64,000 nt of DNA from the human T2T-CHM13v2.0 reference genome, Homo sapiens. Below, piece by piece: positions 1 through 14,083 of this stretch; within the stretch, counting starts at the first letter, position 1, and each line of letters opens with the position of its first letter. Made by a program: the position numbers and the translations under genes. The stretch lies in NCBI RefSeq assembly GCF_009914755.1, contig NC_060947.1; one strand, 5' to 3'. The notes below the pieces were generated by a model, which saw only the letters and a program-made list of their open reading frames with translations, had not been told where the DNA came from and made no database searches.

Positions 1-2029
1 TATAAGTTTTATGGCATTACAAAATTTTTATTACATTTTGGAGAAAACGTGTATCCACAGCAATATGTTTTGGGTTTATTACAGTTTTTATTTTATGTCA
101 CTTGAAAGAGGAGAAAGAAAAAGAAAGAATAGGTTAAAAAAAATCTTTAATTTTATTCTAGATGCTGAACTAGATGCTTTATACATAAGTATATATACTC
201 TCAGCTCATTGAATTCTCACAGAGCAGATATTGTTATCTCCATTTTACATATGAAATGTGAAATAACTTGCCTAAAGTCATTCATCTAGTATGAAAGTTA
301 TACTTTGAATTTATTTTTGTCTGACATTGAAGTCCTGTTATTTTTTCCTTCATGTTCCTTTATCATGCTACACCTCGTTTTGAATGCTGACTAATTCTTG
401 AGGATTTTGAGGAAGGGATATGGCATATAAACCTTTATTTACATTTTGCTATTTCTCTTCAAAAGCTAAATAAGACTACCACTTTTCTGTTTTGGGCCTC
501 AGTATCTGAAATTGCTACATAGAACTTCATTTATAGAAAATGTTTATTTCACTGTTTATGGTAAAAGTTTACTATTTTCTCTCATTTTTAACATTAATAT
601 TTAATTCTAATTGTTTCTAAAATACCTTTCAAGATTATTCTATTTTAAAGGGATCATTGAAATATTTTTGATAACATTGCAAAACCTTTAAATGTTTAGG
701 GCGTAATAGTGTGCTAGGAAAATAATATTTATGACTCACAAAAACTCCAGTTTCAATGGAGCTTCCATTTAAATGAGATACACGTTCAAAGACCAGCTCC
801 TTACATTTCCTAAATAAGATAAAATCTAAGGTTAACACAATTCCATTTTTTCTCCTATTTAAAATATTGATTTCAGTGAAACACCAGACTTTCCCAGAGG
901 AATAGTCTCAGAGGTGAATCACAGTTGGTAGCTTTACTGTTTATTTTCAATGCATGGTTTACTTGTCTGTTTTTAACCTACATCCTACTGTTTTTGACAC
1001 CTCATATTTCTTGCAGTTTTCTGTGGCTTTGCCAAATCGATCTATACTCAGAAGTTTACAGATCACTACAAGTGTTACGTTGTACAGTAACATTAGTAAA
1101 AATGTTCAAAATTATTATTAAACAAAGTTTATTTTGCCTTTCATAGTAAAAGTTTTTTTCCTTCATTTTTACCAGTAATACCCAATTCTGAGAGTTTATA
1201 AAATACCTTTTTAAGGTCATCCTGTTTTGATGGGATCAGTGAGATCTCTTGATATCATTGAAAACCTTTTACATATTTAAGGCATAAGAGTTTAAGGTAC
1301 TAGGGAATTTTTGTTAAGATTTCTCTGAAATTTTTTGTCTTATGTAAGAAAATTGTTAAACTAATTTCTTCTTCCATGATAAGAAACTAAAGGACAAATT
1401 AATTTTATACCAGGAAAAATATTACAGAGACCAAGAAAACCACATCAAACGCTACCAGATAATGTGATCCATTGTTTGGTCTTATTTTCTCTCATGTGCT
1501 CATTGTTTCTCACTTAGCACTAATTATTCAAGGGAAGAGCAGTGACATTAGCACTACCATTATTCACAGACTACCCTAAGGTTTCAGCAGTGCCAACCTG
1601 AGAAATAGTAAGGCATTCCAGATTTTCCTTATTAACCTCTTAGCTTTCCTTATTAGTTTCTAATTTGTTTAGGATTTCTGAATCGTTAATAACCTTTTTA
1701 TAAATGTAATACTTTTGTTTAGATATAATGTACAAAGAATAATTTCTTATAGGGTCTTAAACTTTTGCACCAGAGAGAAATATAAGCATCGTATTATCTA
1801 TATGATGATTTAAGGAGTACAGTCGCTTAATTTTTAAGATTTAAATAGGATAATTCCTGTAACAGCCACTTATCGATGATCCAAGGATTTTATCTTTTTT
1901 TCTCTTTCTGGCATCAAAAAGCTTTCTTGCTATGAATTTAATTTCCTTTAATTAGAGTTATTGTGTTCTTCTTGTAAGTACCCTGAACTCTACTTGAGGA
2001 TTTCTTCAGACTTAAGAACAGTTTCTTTA

Positions 2030-2071
2030 TTTTTGTTTTTGTTTTTGTGTGTGTGTGTATGTGCATGCATG
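2030..2071 (+). repeat. T-rich/(TG)n microsatellite ending in TGCATGCATG
   Basis: Direct reading: tttttgtttt...gtgtgtgtgtgtatgtgcatgcatg. Confidence 0.8.
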
Positions 2072-2548
2072 CTGATCATGTTCAGTTATTCTACAGAGAT
2101 CTATCGTTTTTACTCTCATAGATGATCATTAAGTCATGACTGAGTGATAATCTTTGGTAACCCACAAAGATTGGAGCCCCACCTGACCTTTTACCCTTAT
2201 TTATATGTAGATACAGCCCAAATCATCATACCAAACCTTAAAATCTGCTGGCTAAGAATGGCTGTTAGTACAGTTGTATATGATTTGCCTCTAAGATAAA
2301 AACTTTAGGGTAATTCTAAATCACTACAAAATAAAATCTGTTTTCCTTGGTATGTGTTTAGATTTTTCTTTTCATTTTTTCTTGAAATTTAATCTTGAGT
2401 GAAAAGCTTGTCCTACTTAAAATATGAATGGTCAGGAAAGTGGAAGACATGCCTTGGAATTCAGTTTGCTATAGGCATTTAGTGATCAAATAGATTTTTT
2501 CTTTTCTATATTTGAACATCAAGTGAGATTCTTTTAAGTAGTTATGGT

Positions 2549-2572
2549 AAAACAAAACAAAACAAAACAAAC
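2549..2572 (+). repeat. (AAAAC)n microsatellite
   Basis: aaaacaaaacaaaacaaaacaaac read directly. Confidence 0.85.
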
Positions 2573-2749
2573 ATGCTGTGCATCACCTCATCACTTCTTA
2601 ATGAAATTTTAAGATTTTATAAACAGACTCTGACCTTTTCAAACCTAGGAATCGAAACTCTTTTCTAATCATGCCAGAAGCACTTTTGAATTCTTAGTTT
2701 AAAATGCCAGTTTTTATGCTTCAATGCAGCAAAAATGGTCTCTATGTAG

Positions 2750-3012
2750 TTTTTTTTTTTTTTTTTTTTGAGACAGTCTCACTCTGTCGCCCAGCCTAGA
2801 GTGCAGTGGCGTGATCTCGGCTCACTGCAACCTCTGCTGCCCAGGTTCAAGCGATTCTCCTGCCTCAGTCTCCTGAGTAGCTGGGATTACAGGCACCCGT
2901 CACCATGCCTAGCTAATTTTTGTATTTTTAGAAGAGACGGGGTTTCACCATCTTGGCCAGGCTGGTCTTGAACTCCTGACCTCGTGATCCACCTGCCTCG
3001 GCCTCCCAAAGT
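2750..3012 (-). mobile_element. Alu (AluS-type), slightly 5'-truncated
   Basis: Poly-T then gagacagtctcactctgtcgccc...gcctcccaaagt, the reverse complement of Alu consensus. Confidence 0.95.
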
Positions 3013-3409
3013 AATTTTTTTAAATTAATGATATTCTCCTAGAAGTGCTTATATTTTTCATTAAAAATATTTTTATTGAGGCCTAATTTATATTCTATAA
3101 ATTAACCTATTTTAAGTATACAGTTTGATGGGTTTTAGTAAATTTTGATAACACCTAATACAACCACCTTTACAATCCAGTGTTAGAAAACTTCCATCAG
3201 GATGGATTTTTAACAGTTGGTTTCTGCTTACAACTAAAGAGGTTAATTTTTTTTAACTGACAATTTTGATTAATCACATTTTTTTCTAATTCAGTTTTTT
3301 AAATTCTTATGTCTCCTTTTATTTAAGTAAATTATCTTGAAAAAATATACTGGGTTTAGGAGTAGGAATAGATAAGTTCATGAAAGAGAGCCTATAATAC
3401 ACTGTGGTG

Positions 3410-3728
3410 TAGTCATGCATTGCTAATGATAAGGATTGGCAATTTTGTTGTTGTGCAAACATCATAGAGTGTGCTTACATAACCTAGATGATACAGCCTA
3501 CTACACACCTAAACTATATGGTATAGCCTGTTGCTCCTAGGCTAGAAACCTGTACAGCATGTGACTGTACTGAATACTATAGGCAATTGTAACAGAATGG
3601 TAAGTATTTGTTCCATATCTAAACCCAGAAAAGGTACAGTAAGAATACAGTATTATAATCTTATGGGACCATTGTGGTATATGCGGTCTGTTGTTGACCA
3701 AAACGTCATTTTATGCAGCACATGACCG
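3410..3728 (+). mobile_element. Tigger3a/MER7A-like non-autonomous TcMar-Tigger DNA transposon
   Basis: Ends agtcatgc...gcacatgaccg followed by TA; internal aacctagatg...gcctactacacacct...gctcctaggcta...aggcaattgtaaca; homologous to the copy at 61189-61536. Confidence 0.85.
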
Positions 3729-3739
3729 TATATAGAATC

Positions 3740-5400
3740 ATTTAGAAAACAATATGTTAAAACCACTAGAAAAAGAAAGGGCCATTTAATAAATTGTAGT
3801 GGGGCGCTTGGTTAAGCCTTTGGAAAATAAATAATGATAGAGCACTATCTATTTTTCTTCACTAAAATAAATTTTAGATATATCAGATATCTAAGAAGAA
3901 AATATAAATTTACAAGAAAACTAGAAAAAATATAGGCAAAAATGATTTCTAGATGTGGAAAGACTTTCTAAGTATTTTTAAAATGGAATAAAATACAAAG
4001 GAATGTACTGTTGACTACATAAAAAAGAAAAACGTAATAAAGTATAAGACAGAAGACAAGCTGGGAAAAATATTTGCAACAAACAGATATGAAAAGCAGA
4101 GGGTTAATGTGTAATGTGTAATATTCATATATTAACATATGTGAATATTCATATTGATAAAAAACAAAGCCCACCAAAACGTAACAGATGAGTATATAAG
4201 TAGGTAAATCAAAAAAGAAGAAACAGAAATCACTGGTAAAATGTGTATATCAAACAACAGAGCTTTAAAGTGCATGAGCAAAAACTGACAGAATGAAAGA
4301 GGAAGTAGACAAATCCACAGTTGTAGACTTCATTTCCTCTTTCTCAAGAATAGATAAAATTAAACAGAAAGTAAGATTAGAAGAGCTGAGCACCACCACC
4401 TAAGAACAGGATGTTTTGACATTTTTAGAGCACTTCATCCAACAACAGGAGAATAAAAATTCTTTTCAAGTACCCATTGAACATTCACCAAGATAGACCA
4501 TATCTGTATCATAAAACAAAATTCAACAAGTTTAAAAGAATTGAAATCAGATAATAAAATGAAACTGGTAACTCATACAGCACACTTATAAGTAATCCAA
4601 CGGTCAAGTCTCATGGAAAATAAAAAGTAATACATTGAACAGAATGAAAAAAGACCAAATCATAATTTGTGGCACACAGCTAAAGCAGTGCTGAAAAGGA
4701 AGTGTATAGCACTGAATGCTTATATATATCAGAAATATATATATTCAAAATATATCAGAAATATATATAGTAAATATATCAGAAGCACTGAATGCTTTAT
4801 ATCAGAAAAGATCTCAAATCAATCATTTAAGTTCCCATCTCAAGAAAATAGAAAAATAAGAACAAAATAAGTACGGAGCAATAAGATCCTCTTAATGATA
4901 AGAGCAGAAATTAGCAAAATTGAAAACAATAGAGAAGTCAATCAAAATGTAAAGGTTAATGAACAAATATTACAGATAACTTCACATATAAATTTGGCAG
5001 CTCAGATGAAATGGTCCAATTCCTTGAGAAACGGTACTAAAACAACCCAAAATGAAATAGATACTCTGAATAATCCCATAACTATTGAAGAAAGTGAATA
5101 TTACCTAGAAACGCCTCAGGGTGTGGAAAAAATCTGCAGGCTCAAATGATTTCATTGTTGAATTTTATATATTTGAAGAAGAAACACCATTTCTATACCA
5201 TCTCTTCCGGAAAATAAAGGCAGGAACTTTTCCTATATCATTTTTTGAGGCAATCATTATCCTGATATACCCCTCCCCCCCAAAAAAAAACTACAGACCA
5301 ATATTTCTCAGGAACTTAGATGTTAAAACCTTCAACAAAATATTACCAAACTAAATCTAAACGTGTAAAAAGAATTAGACACATGACTAAATGAGTTGCT
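3740..5400 (+). mobile_element. Old, fragmented L1 (L1M-type) ORF2 relics
   Basis: A-rich sense strand; ORF-track fragments WHTAKAVLKRKCIALNAYI and NYRPIFLRNLDVKTFNKILPN resemble L1 ORF2 endonuclease/RT segments. Boundaries approximate. Confidence 0.75.
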
Positions 5401-5431
5401 TCAAACACTTGAAGATACATCAGTATACAGG

Positions 5432-5630
5432 TCCACCATTTACTAGTTGTGTGACCTTAGATAAGTCACTTAATCTTTCTCTACCTTATGCTTCTCCTCT
5501 GTAAAATGAGAATAATAATAGTGCCTATCTCATAATAGTTGTGAAGATTAAATTACCTGATACAGGTAAAGCATTTAGAATAGTAACTGGCACATAGTGA
5601 GCCCTCAGTAAACCTTAGCAGTTGTTATTA
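5432..5630 (+). mobile_element. MIR SINE
   Basis: Core tgtgaccttagataagtcacttaa...ctgtaaaatgagaataataatagtgcct...tggcacatagtgagccctcagtaaa. Confidence 0.8.
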
Positions 5631-5997
5631 CTAGCTCTTGATTGTGAATATTCTAAGTAGATACTGTACTCAGAATCTTAGATTCTTTTGAAAATAAACT
5701 GACATGTTATCTTTGCCTAAAGTATTCCTTTTTTGTTTTAGATGTAGTGAAGATACCTTGTAAGAACCAAAGAACTTAAATAATTAAGAACTTTAAAAAG
5801 AGAGAAATTTGGTAGAAAGCAAACATTATATTTCCTGAATTTAATTTTCTTCCAATCATTTCTTTCAAATCTTTCCTTAAAATAAGTCCTGAATATTTTT
5901 ATCAGTATGGAAATTTCAGAACAATTTATTTCATATTATTGATAAACTCATTTTAGGCTACTATATTTTGGGACTTTTCAAAAGCTGTTACTAGTAA

Positions 5998-6138
<141 letters not shown>

Positions 6139-8057
6139 TAATTTATTAGCAACTTCATATTCCAACAATGGGAAGTATCCTATGTACCAAGAGTTTTTAA
6201 GATACTGGTTTAGAAGTTTCTCAAAGACAAACCATTCTAAAGAAATGAAATGTGTAGTTATTTATTGGGAGACTGTGCATTTAGCTCAGTTAGCTTACCA
6301 GAAGATATAAAAGGAACCTGACCTGTACACACACAAACAAATGTGCCTAATAGCTTTTAACAGTGATCTAATTACCTGAACTGATTTTCCACTTCAAATA
6401 TTATCTAAGCCAGGGATCCCCAAACCAGATGCCTTCAGGGTCCAGCAGCTAATATAAATGTTTAAATTAAGTCCGGTATAAGGCAAGGAGAAATGGAAGA
6501 GACTTGGGTGAATTGACTGGAACATATCCCATATCCAAACATATCTTTTAGAGGAAATGTAATTATAGGCATGATATATTAGTGCTTGTAAATTATCTCT
6601 TAAATAATCTGTTCTTTTTCTACTGTTATGTGATGATATCTCTTTTCAGTACCAAGTTTTTCTGGGCTCTGTGGTCTCTTGCTACCAGTAGTAGCAAGAA
6701 GAATAAGGATTAATAGGTAAAATAATGAAATAAAATAGTTAAGTGTTTATTTCTTTATGGTGAAACTATGGGTGATTTTATTTAGACTCGACTTTTCTCT
6801 ATTTTCCAAATGAATTTTTATTTTCTAAAATGAATTTGAGTTATCAAAAAACAAAAAAGAATGTTAAGTACATTGAAGAAATACCTCTTTAAGTTTGCCA
6901 AAGGAACACAGCTTAGACAAATACTGAAATTATACTTTAAAATAAATTACATAGCTTACGAACAGTTAATGTTCATCTAATCATCTAATTCAGCCATTAT
7001 ATACATACTAATCACTGCATTTGATTGGAATTGTATGAAGTATCTGAAGACAGGAATTAAACTTAAGCTGCCAGTAAAAGAGGCCAATTTGAATAAGCAA
7101 GGTGTAGACTTTTAAAAAAATCTAGGACATGCATTTATTACCAGGCTTTCAAGAAATCTCTTCTGAACAGTTATGATGATGATTATGCTTTGAAATATGC
7201 TGTGCTTCAAATTATTTTTCATTCAGCTTTAATTATTTTTATTCCCTTTGCAGCAAGATGAGATAATCAATATCTAAAAATAAACTGTCACAAATGGCTT
7301 TTTTCCCCTTCCTAAAACAAAGTGGTGCTACTATGAAGTAAAAGGAAAGTGCTTCTTGATATTGGCCACTTACATTTAAAATAATACTAAAATTAGAGGA
7401 GAAAGTTAATGTCAGTTTCTTTTGAAAACCTCCATTTGCAGGAATTTGTTTAATCTGCTATATTTATTTTACTTATTCCCAGTTGTGATGGGTTTGGATC
7501 ATTGTATTTGAAGCCTTTTAAAGAGATTTCCGCCCCCCTCCCCAACACTTTCCTCATCACATAAGATTGGTTATAATGACACTTTTGAAAAAAAAAAAGA
7601 GAAACTGGTTTTAAAATCTTAAATAGAATTCTCACAAAGAACTGAAGCTTCATTTAGAACACTGACAGCAACTGAATCAGAACAATGAGACAGGTACCCA
7701 CACACTACTTGTCAGCCTTTAAATAATTGCCATGATGCCTTCCTTAATGGATATCAGCTTAACCTAAAATTATTCTACTGTACCATTTTTATGTTCTCCA
7801 CTTCAAACACAAAAATGATGAATTAGATTGCCACTAGTTAAGAAATAAGCACAAAAGTGTTGGTTTGCAAGATGAAACTTTGGTGAAGCTTAAAATACAT
7901 GGGGCAAGGTTGTAATCTTGGAAGATTTGAGACTCAGCCCTGTTTTTCATGATGATTCCACATTGGACAAACGATGTCATTGTTTTCGCCATCTGTAAAC
8001 AGAAATAATCACCTCTACCTCAAAGTTTTTCTGAGAACCAAATGAGATTTATTTAAA

Positions 8058-8506
8058 AATAGTGAAGACTTAGAATCAACCTAAATGCCCATCAGTAGTA
8101 GACTAGATTAAGAAAATGTATATATACACCATGGAATACTGTGCAGCTATAAAAAAGAATGAGATCATGTCCTTTGCAGCAACACAGATGGAGCTTGGAG
8201 GTCATTATCTTAAGCAAACTTAACACAGGAACAGAAAACCAAATACCATATCTTCTCACTTATAAGTGGGAGCTAAACATTGAGTACACGTGGACACAAG
8301 GGAACAACAGGTACTGGGGCCTACTCGAGGGTGAAGGGTGGGAGGAGGGTGAGGATCGAAAAACTACCTTTCGGGTACTATGCTCATTACGTATGTGATA
8401 AAATCTGTACAGCAAACCCCATGATACCCAATTTACTTATATAACAAACCTGCACATGTACCCCTGAACCTAAAATAAAAGTTAAAAAAAGTAAAATAAA
8501 ATAAAA
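8058..8506 (+). mobile_element. L1 3' end (older L1PA-type), 5'-truncated
   Basis: aatcaacctaaatgcccatca...gagctaaacattgagtacac...cccctgaacctaaaataaaag plus A-rich tail. Confidence 0.9.
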
Positions 8507-9719
8507 TAGCTGATGAGTGTAAAGTGAAAAACAAAGATGAAAATAATATTATTTACAAAAATGGGTAAGGAATAAAGAGACTTGATAAAAGGAAGTAAAA
8601 TAGGAACTTTGTTTTGAAAAATAAATGTCAGAGATTTTTTTCTCCATTTGGTGTTAGTTTTCATGAGCTGCATTTACAGTGAAATCTGAATTAGGTGCTG
8701 AGGGAAAAATTCAAACATGTTAAAGAACATTTTAAATCAGATTTTGAAGTGTTAAATACAGAGTGAAAAATTCCTCTTAAAACTCAAGTTTTGATGATAT
8801 GCTTTTTACCTGAACTGGTCCTCTCTAAACTGTATTTATTAAAAATCTCTGCTTGCTTATGGGTCTGTTCATTTCTAACCTTCTTAGATCCATTTTACAT
8901 GTTCTTGGTTATCGCTGGTTGTCTGAATAGTGTTAAAAACATTTTACAGAAAACTGTAAGGAAGAATATTTACAATAATCCAATCCTAATTACGCAGAAA
9001 CAATTAGTGCTGTTGCTTTGGTCTTTCCTGTAATAAATGTCTTTACTTAAGTTGTTATTCTGGCTTTCTGACAGTTCTTTTGTTTTACTTTGTTCCATAT
9101 TTACCTGTCAGATGTATTTTATTTTCTAAACCTTTGTTCAAGTAAATGGACAAATATTCTTTAAACATCAGTATTAAAAATTTTTATTTTTGATGGACAG
9201 CCTCCTTTAAATTATGTGCTTTCTATTCACTTGTGTTACCTTTATATTATTTTAAATACAGAAAATAAAAGTAAATAATTTATGAAACATCCTCTAAATC
9301 TGCATCTTAAAATAAAGATATAAATGAGCATATTGAGTATATAGCCCTTTTTAAATGTATTCCTGCTCAAATGTAATATAACCATTTTATCTGTTTTATC
9401 TTAAGTTGTTAATTGCTCAAGGTAAATACTTGAGAAGATAAGAGTTTTTAGGACTTATTGAATTGGGATTTGTGTTTTAACTGCTTAGAGCACAAATTTG
9501 TAAATACTGTTTAGAAAGATTATAAAATTTTGTTAAAATGAATAGCCCAGAAGTAATTTTTAGTTTCATTAAGGATTTATTCAAGGAAATTTAGCCTGTA
9601 GATTTATTGATTATAGATATTATATTTTACTTAATTACATTCATGTATATGAATAGTACTTCATTTACCTTCTTAGTTGACATTTCATATCATTTACTTT
9701 CACAATTTATGGCAAAATA

Positions 9720-9945
9720 GTGTAGTGGGCACTGACATGAAGTAGATCCAAGTTCATCATCCTGGCTTTGCTTTTCAACAAACAGTATAAACTTGGACAA
9801 ATTACTTCATATCTCTGATATTATTTTTCTTTTTCTGTAAAAGTGGATCCCTACCATTTTTTAGATTATTGTTGGGCTGTTGTGAAGATTAGAAACTGAT
9901 TTAGCCCACCATCTGGCATATAGTGGGAGCTTAATAAATGGCCAC
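9720..9945 (+). mobile_element. MIR SINE (diverged)
   Basis: ttggacaaattactt...ctgtaaaagtgga...gttgtgaagatta...tggcatatagtgggagcttaataaatg. Confidence 0.6.
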
Positions 9946-10621
9946 TCGAGTTATTTTGTGTAGCAAAAGAGCCTTTGGAAATGCTAAACTCAGCTAGTTT
10001 CTCGCTCCACAGAAAATTTCAAGGAGTGATGCTCTGCTTACTTTTGGTATTGAGTGGCAATGAAGAAAGATCTCATTTCTAAAATGTGATTTAAAAAAAA
10101 AAAAAAGGATTTTAGTATAATTCAGAATGTTCTTTAGATTTTAATGCAAATTTATTACTGTGCTTCATTTTCTGCAAGATATGTTGAAACATTCATGTTC
10201 AAATGTAATACAGAAATTAATTTTGATTACCCAGGAATGTATCATCTCTATTCACATATTCAAGTTCAAGTAGTAAATACACGTAAAGATGTAAAATGGG
10301 GATATAAATTATGCTGGAGTAGGCAAGGTACGTATTCTATCGTTCATATGGTAAGTGTTGAAAGCATATGAAAAGCCTGTCCAGAATGGTCTCACAGACA
10401 TTTAAAACACAACTTTAAATATTACTTTTACTATGTACTCAGAGTTAGTGTTTAAACCTTCCTGAATCAGACATTCTGGGTGACCTGAAAATTATATTGG
10501 GGCTCTTGAGATTGAAACTGGGACATTTCAGACCAAAAAACAGGACAAGCTTTATATGCATTTTTAAAACAATATGGATTATATTAGCATACTCAATTAA
10601 GGCAATATAAAAGGTGAATGT

Positions 10622-11392
10622 TTTTTCACTTTTTTCTTTTATTTTTAGTTGACACATAATTGTATATATTTATGGAGTACAGAGTCATATTTCAGTACAT
10701 GTATACAGTCTGTAATGATCAAATCAGGGTAGTTAGCATATCCGTCATCTCAAATATTTGTCACTTCTTTAGGGTGGGAACATTCAAAATCCTCTTTTCC
10801 AGCTTTTTGAAAATATGCAATAAATTATTGGTAATTATATTCATTCTACAGTGCTATAGAACACTAGGATTTTTTCCTCCCGTCTAGCTGTAATTTTGTA
10901 TCTATTAACTAATCTCTCCCTATCCCCTCCTCTCTCCTACCCTTCCCAACCTCTAATAACCACAATCTACTCTCTACTTCTATGAGCTCAATTTTTTTAG
11001 CTTTCGCATATGAGTGAAAACATGTAATATTTATCTTTCTGTGCTTGACTTATTTCACTTAACATAATATCCTTTAGACTCATCCATGTTGCTGTGAATT
11101 ATAGGATTTAATTCTTTTTATGGCTGAATAGTATTCCATTGTGTACATATACCACGTTTTCTTCATCTATTCATCTGTTGATTAACATTTAGGTGGATTC
11201 CTTATCTTGGCTGTTATGAATAGTGCTGTAGTAAACATAGAGATGCTGATATCTCTTGGACATACCGATTTCCTTTCCATTGGATAAATACCTAGTAGTG
11301 GGATTGCTGGATCATATGATAGTTCTATTTTTGTGAAATATACATTCTGTTTTCCATAATGGCACTACAAATTTACATTCATACCAACAGTA
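10622..11392 (-). mobile_element. L1MA-type 3' end
   Basis: T-rich start then gacacataattgtatatatttatggagtac...ggattgctggatcatatg...tttacattcataccaacag, the reverse complement of L1 3' UTR and ORF2 end. Confidence 0.9.
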
Positions 11393-13916
11393 TTTTTTCA
11401 TTTCCTTTCTGTTTAAACAAATAATACTTTTAATTCAGTTCAATTATACTTTATCCTTTAATTTTTCTTCAGCCTTTTACTTTAATTATAAAGAAGCAAT
11501 ATCTTTTCAAATTTTCCGTATAATGCTAATATAGTAAGTCAGAAGTTAGATATAAAACTATCAGAAATAATACCCAGATAACTTGAATACTTTTTTTCTG
11601 AAAAAAAATGTAAAAACTAAAAATATATTGTTTTCAAAACTGAAGGAATGTTATATATGTGCACCTGTATCTTCTCAAAGGTGTGTGTATGAGAATATTA
11701 TCAAAATAGATATAAATACACATACAAGAAATTCTCATTCATGATATTAAATACCTAATTTTTGGCAGCTGCATATTTCTGAAGGCTCAGAATGAAGAGA
11801 TAAGAGTGATGACATCATTGCATACTAATACTTAGCAAAGGACTCTAGAAGAGTGGGGCATAATAACTTATTATTCCTGCAGCTTTCTGATACTGGCCTG
11901 GCTTGTGAGCAAAAACTTAAAGACTTACTGTGTATCATATTAATATGGATGCTGAAATAGATTGTTTTCATAGGTTTATTCTTTTATAAACCAAAACTAT
12001 ATTGCATGTTATCAGAGTCGCCCTGCCAAAGCGCTTTTAAAGATATTATCACCATCAATAATATCAGAAGGAGAATAGATGAGGGTGTACTAAACTCATC
12101 AATTCCTTTTAGATAGCAAATAGTAGATCCTATTTCTCAGACATCTTCTTTCTTCACTGTATTACATTTTGAAATTTATGAAATGTACATACATGCAAAA
12201 GAATGCATATATGTATGTTATGAAGAATAATAATAAATACTCATGAATCTGCCCTCTAATTAAATAACTACAGCATTACCAATATTGTTTCAGTTACTTT
12301 TGAGCTCCTCTCCCATTTCATCAGCTTGCCTCCTCAAGGTGTTTATCATTTTATTTGTTCTTAAAATAGTTTCAGATACTTCTCTAAATGTATCATTTGA
12401 TTATGCTTGTCTTTGAGCTTGTAACAATGCTGTCACTCTGTTTCTTACTGTTTTCAATTTATGTATTTCTGAATTCATGCATGTTTTCCTCTGTAGCTGT
12501 AGTTCATTCATTTTCACTGCATATAATATTGAATTCTGTGCATTATGTGCATACCCCAATATGATTATCCATTCTTCTTATCATGGACATTTGGGTATAT
12601 ACCTACATTTAAGTGTAATTACTAGGAGTGTAATTACTAGGCTATACAGTTTGCATATGCTCATCTTTACAGCTGTGAATATCATGTTCTCAAAATTTTA
12701 TTGCTTATTATGTCTTGTACTTTCATTATCTTTCTACTATCTGAATTACTGTATTTGAGTCCTATTATGCAGTTCACCTTTGAAGAGGCTTTTATAGTTT
12801 TCTCACAAAGACCCTAAGAAGAGGTAACTTTTACCTTTATTCCTATACTACATATAGGGATACAGATGTAGAAAGGTGGGTTAGGCTATTTTTGATCCTC
12901 ATGAGTGATAAAATAAACTTCAGAGGAGAGTCCCTGATATGCTACCATTTGTGATATACTGTGACTATTCTTTTTAAAGAACCAAGCCAACAGTAATAGT
13001 TCATTTAAGAAAAGATTTGCTGTGACAGACTTGGAAGCAGGAGTAGTCCCCATGCTCTTCTGTGTCTCCAGTGCCTGGCAAATAAGTGTTTGTTGAAAGA
13101 ATGATGTAATTATTTTTCCCTTAAAAGTTCACCAAAAATGATTACAGAAATTTAGAAACTTTAGGAGTTTAGAATCAAGTAAAGAGCTGTTTCAAAGCAC
13201 TGATGCCTGAACCCCATACTGGACCCATTAAATTAGACTCTTTGTGATGGGGTTTGGCATCAGTATTATAGAAGTGATGCCTCAAGTGATTCAAATACGA
13301 AGCCAAAGTTGATAGCAATTGTGCTATACTCATACTTTAGAAGGAGACAAATATGAGGTGGGAAAAAATGCATGTAATTAAGAACAGTGTTTCCCAAAGG
13401 AAACACTGGACCATGTTTCCATGGACCATGATTCATCTAAGGAGGCATACTAAAAATGCAGATTCTTTAGACTTTACCACAGGCTGAATGATTGAGAAGT
13501 GTGGATCAGGAGGTTCAATTATTTATAGGTGATAACAGCCCAGAGCCTATACATTTATAAAGGAGTCTGGTTAGTTTTCAATTTATAACTGTAGTTATTA
13601 GTGGGTTATAGTCCCTCTGTAGTAAATACATATCCAAAAGGATTAGGCGTGTTCTATGAAACATCAAATATAAGTTATTAAATAAAAAGTGGTTATTGCA
13701 CACTTGTAATAAGAAAGAGAGAACCAATGCTAGAAAGTGGTGTGGTGGTAGTAGACAGGGGAAGGCACTAAGGTTAGTAAAACAAGAAGCAATAATAATC
13801 ATTAGTAATGTTTTAAGCATTTATTATATCATATTGTACCATACATGAATTACATGACATAGATTTTCATACCTACACAAGATGAAAGCAGCAAACCAAA
13901 TAAATTATAGTTACTA

Positions 13917-14083
13917 TTAGGTTGGTGCAAAAGTAATCATAGTTTTTGCCATTACTTTTAATGCTTATTATGTCTTGTACTTTCATTATCTTCCTCCTCT
14001 CTGAATTACCATTTTTGTCATATGTCATAATATTAATATTACTTTTAATGGCAAAAAACACGAATACTTTTGCACCAACCTAA
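13917..14083. mobile_element. MADE1 (Hsmar1-derived mariner MITE) interrupted by a 74-nt insertion
   Basis: Inverted arms ttaggttggtgcaaaagtaat...gccatta and taatggc...tacttttgcaccaacctaa, flanked by TA on both sides; central attacttttaatg is duplicated around the insert. Confidence 0.92.

Noticed and set aside
10320-10356. Donor-like AAG|gtacgt and ATG|gtaagt
   Set aside because: No convincing acceptor at a suitable distance; isolated donor motifs are common in 64 kb.
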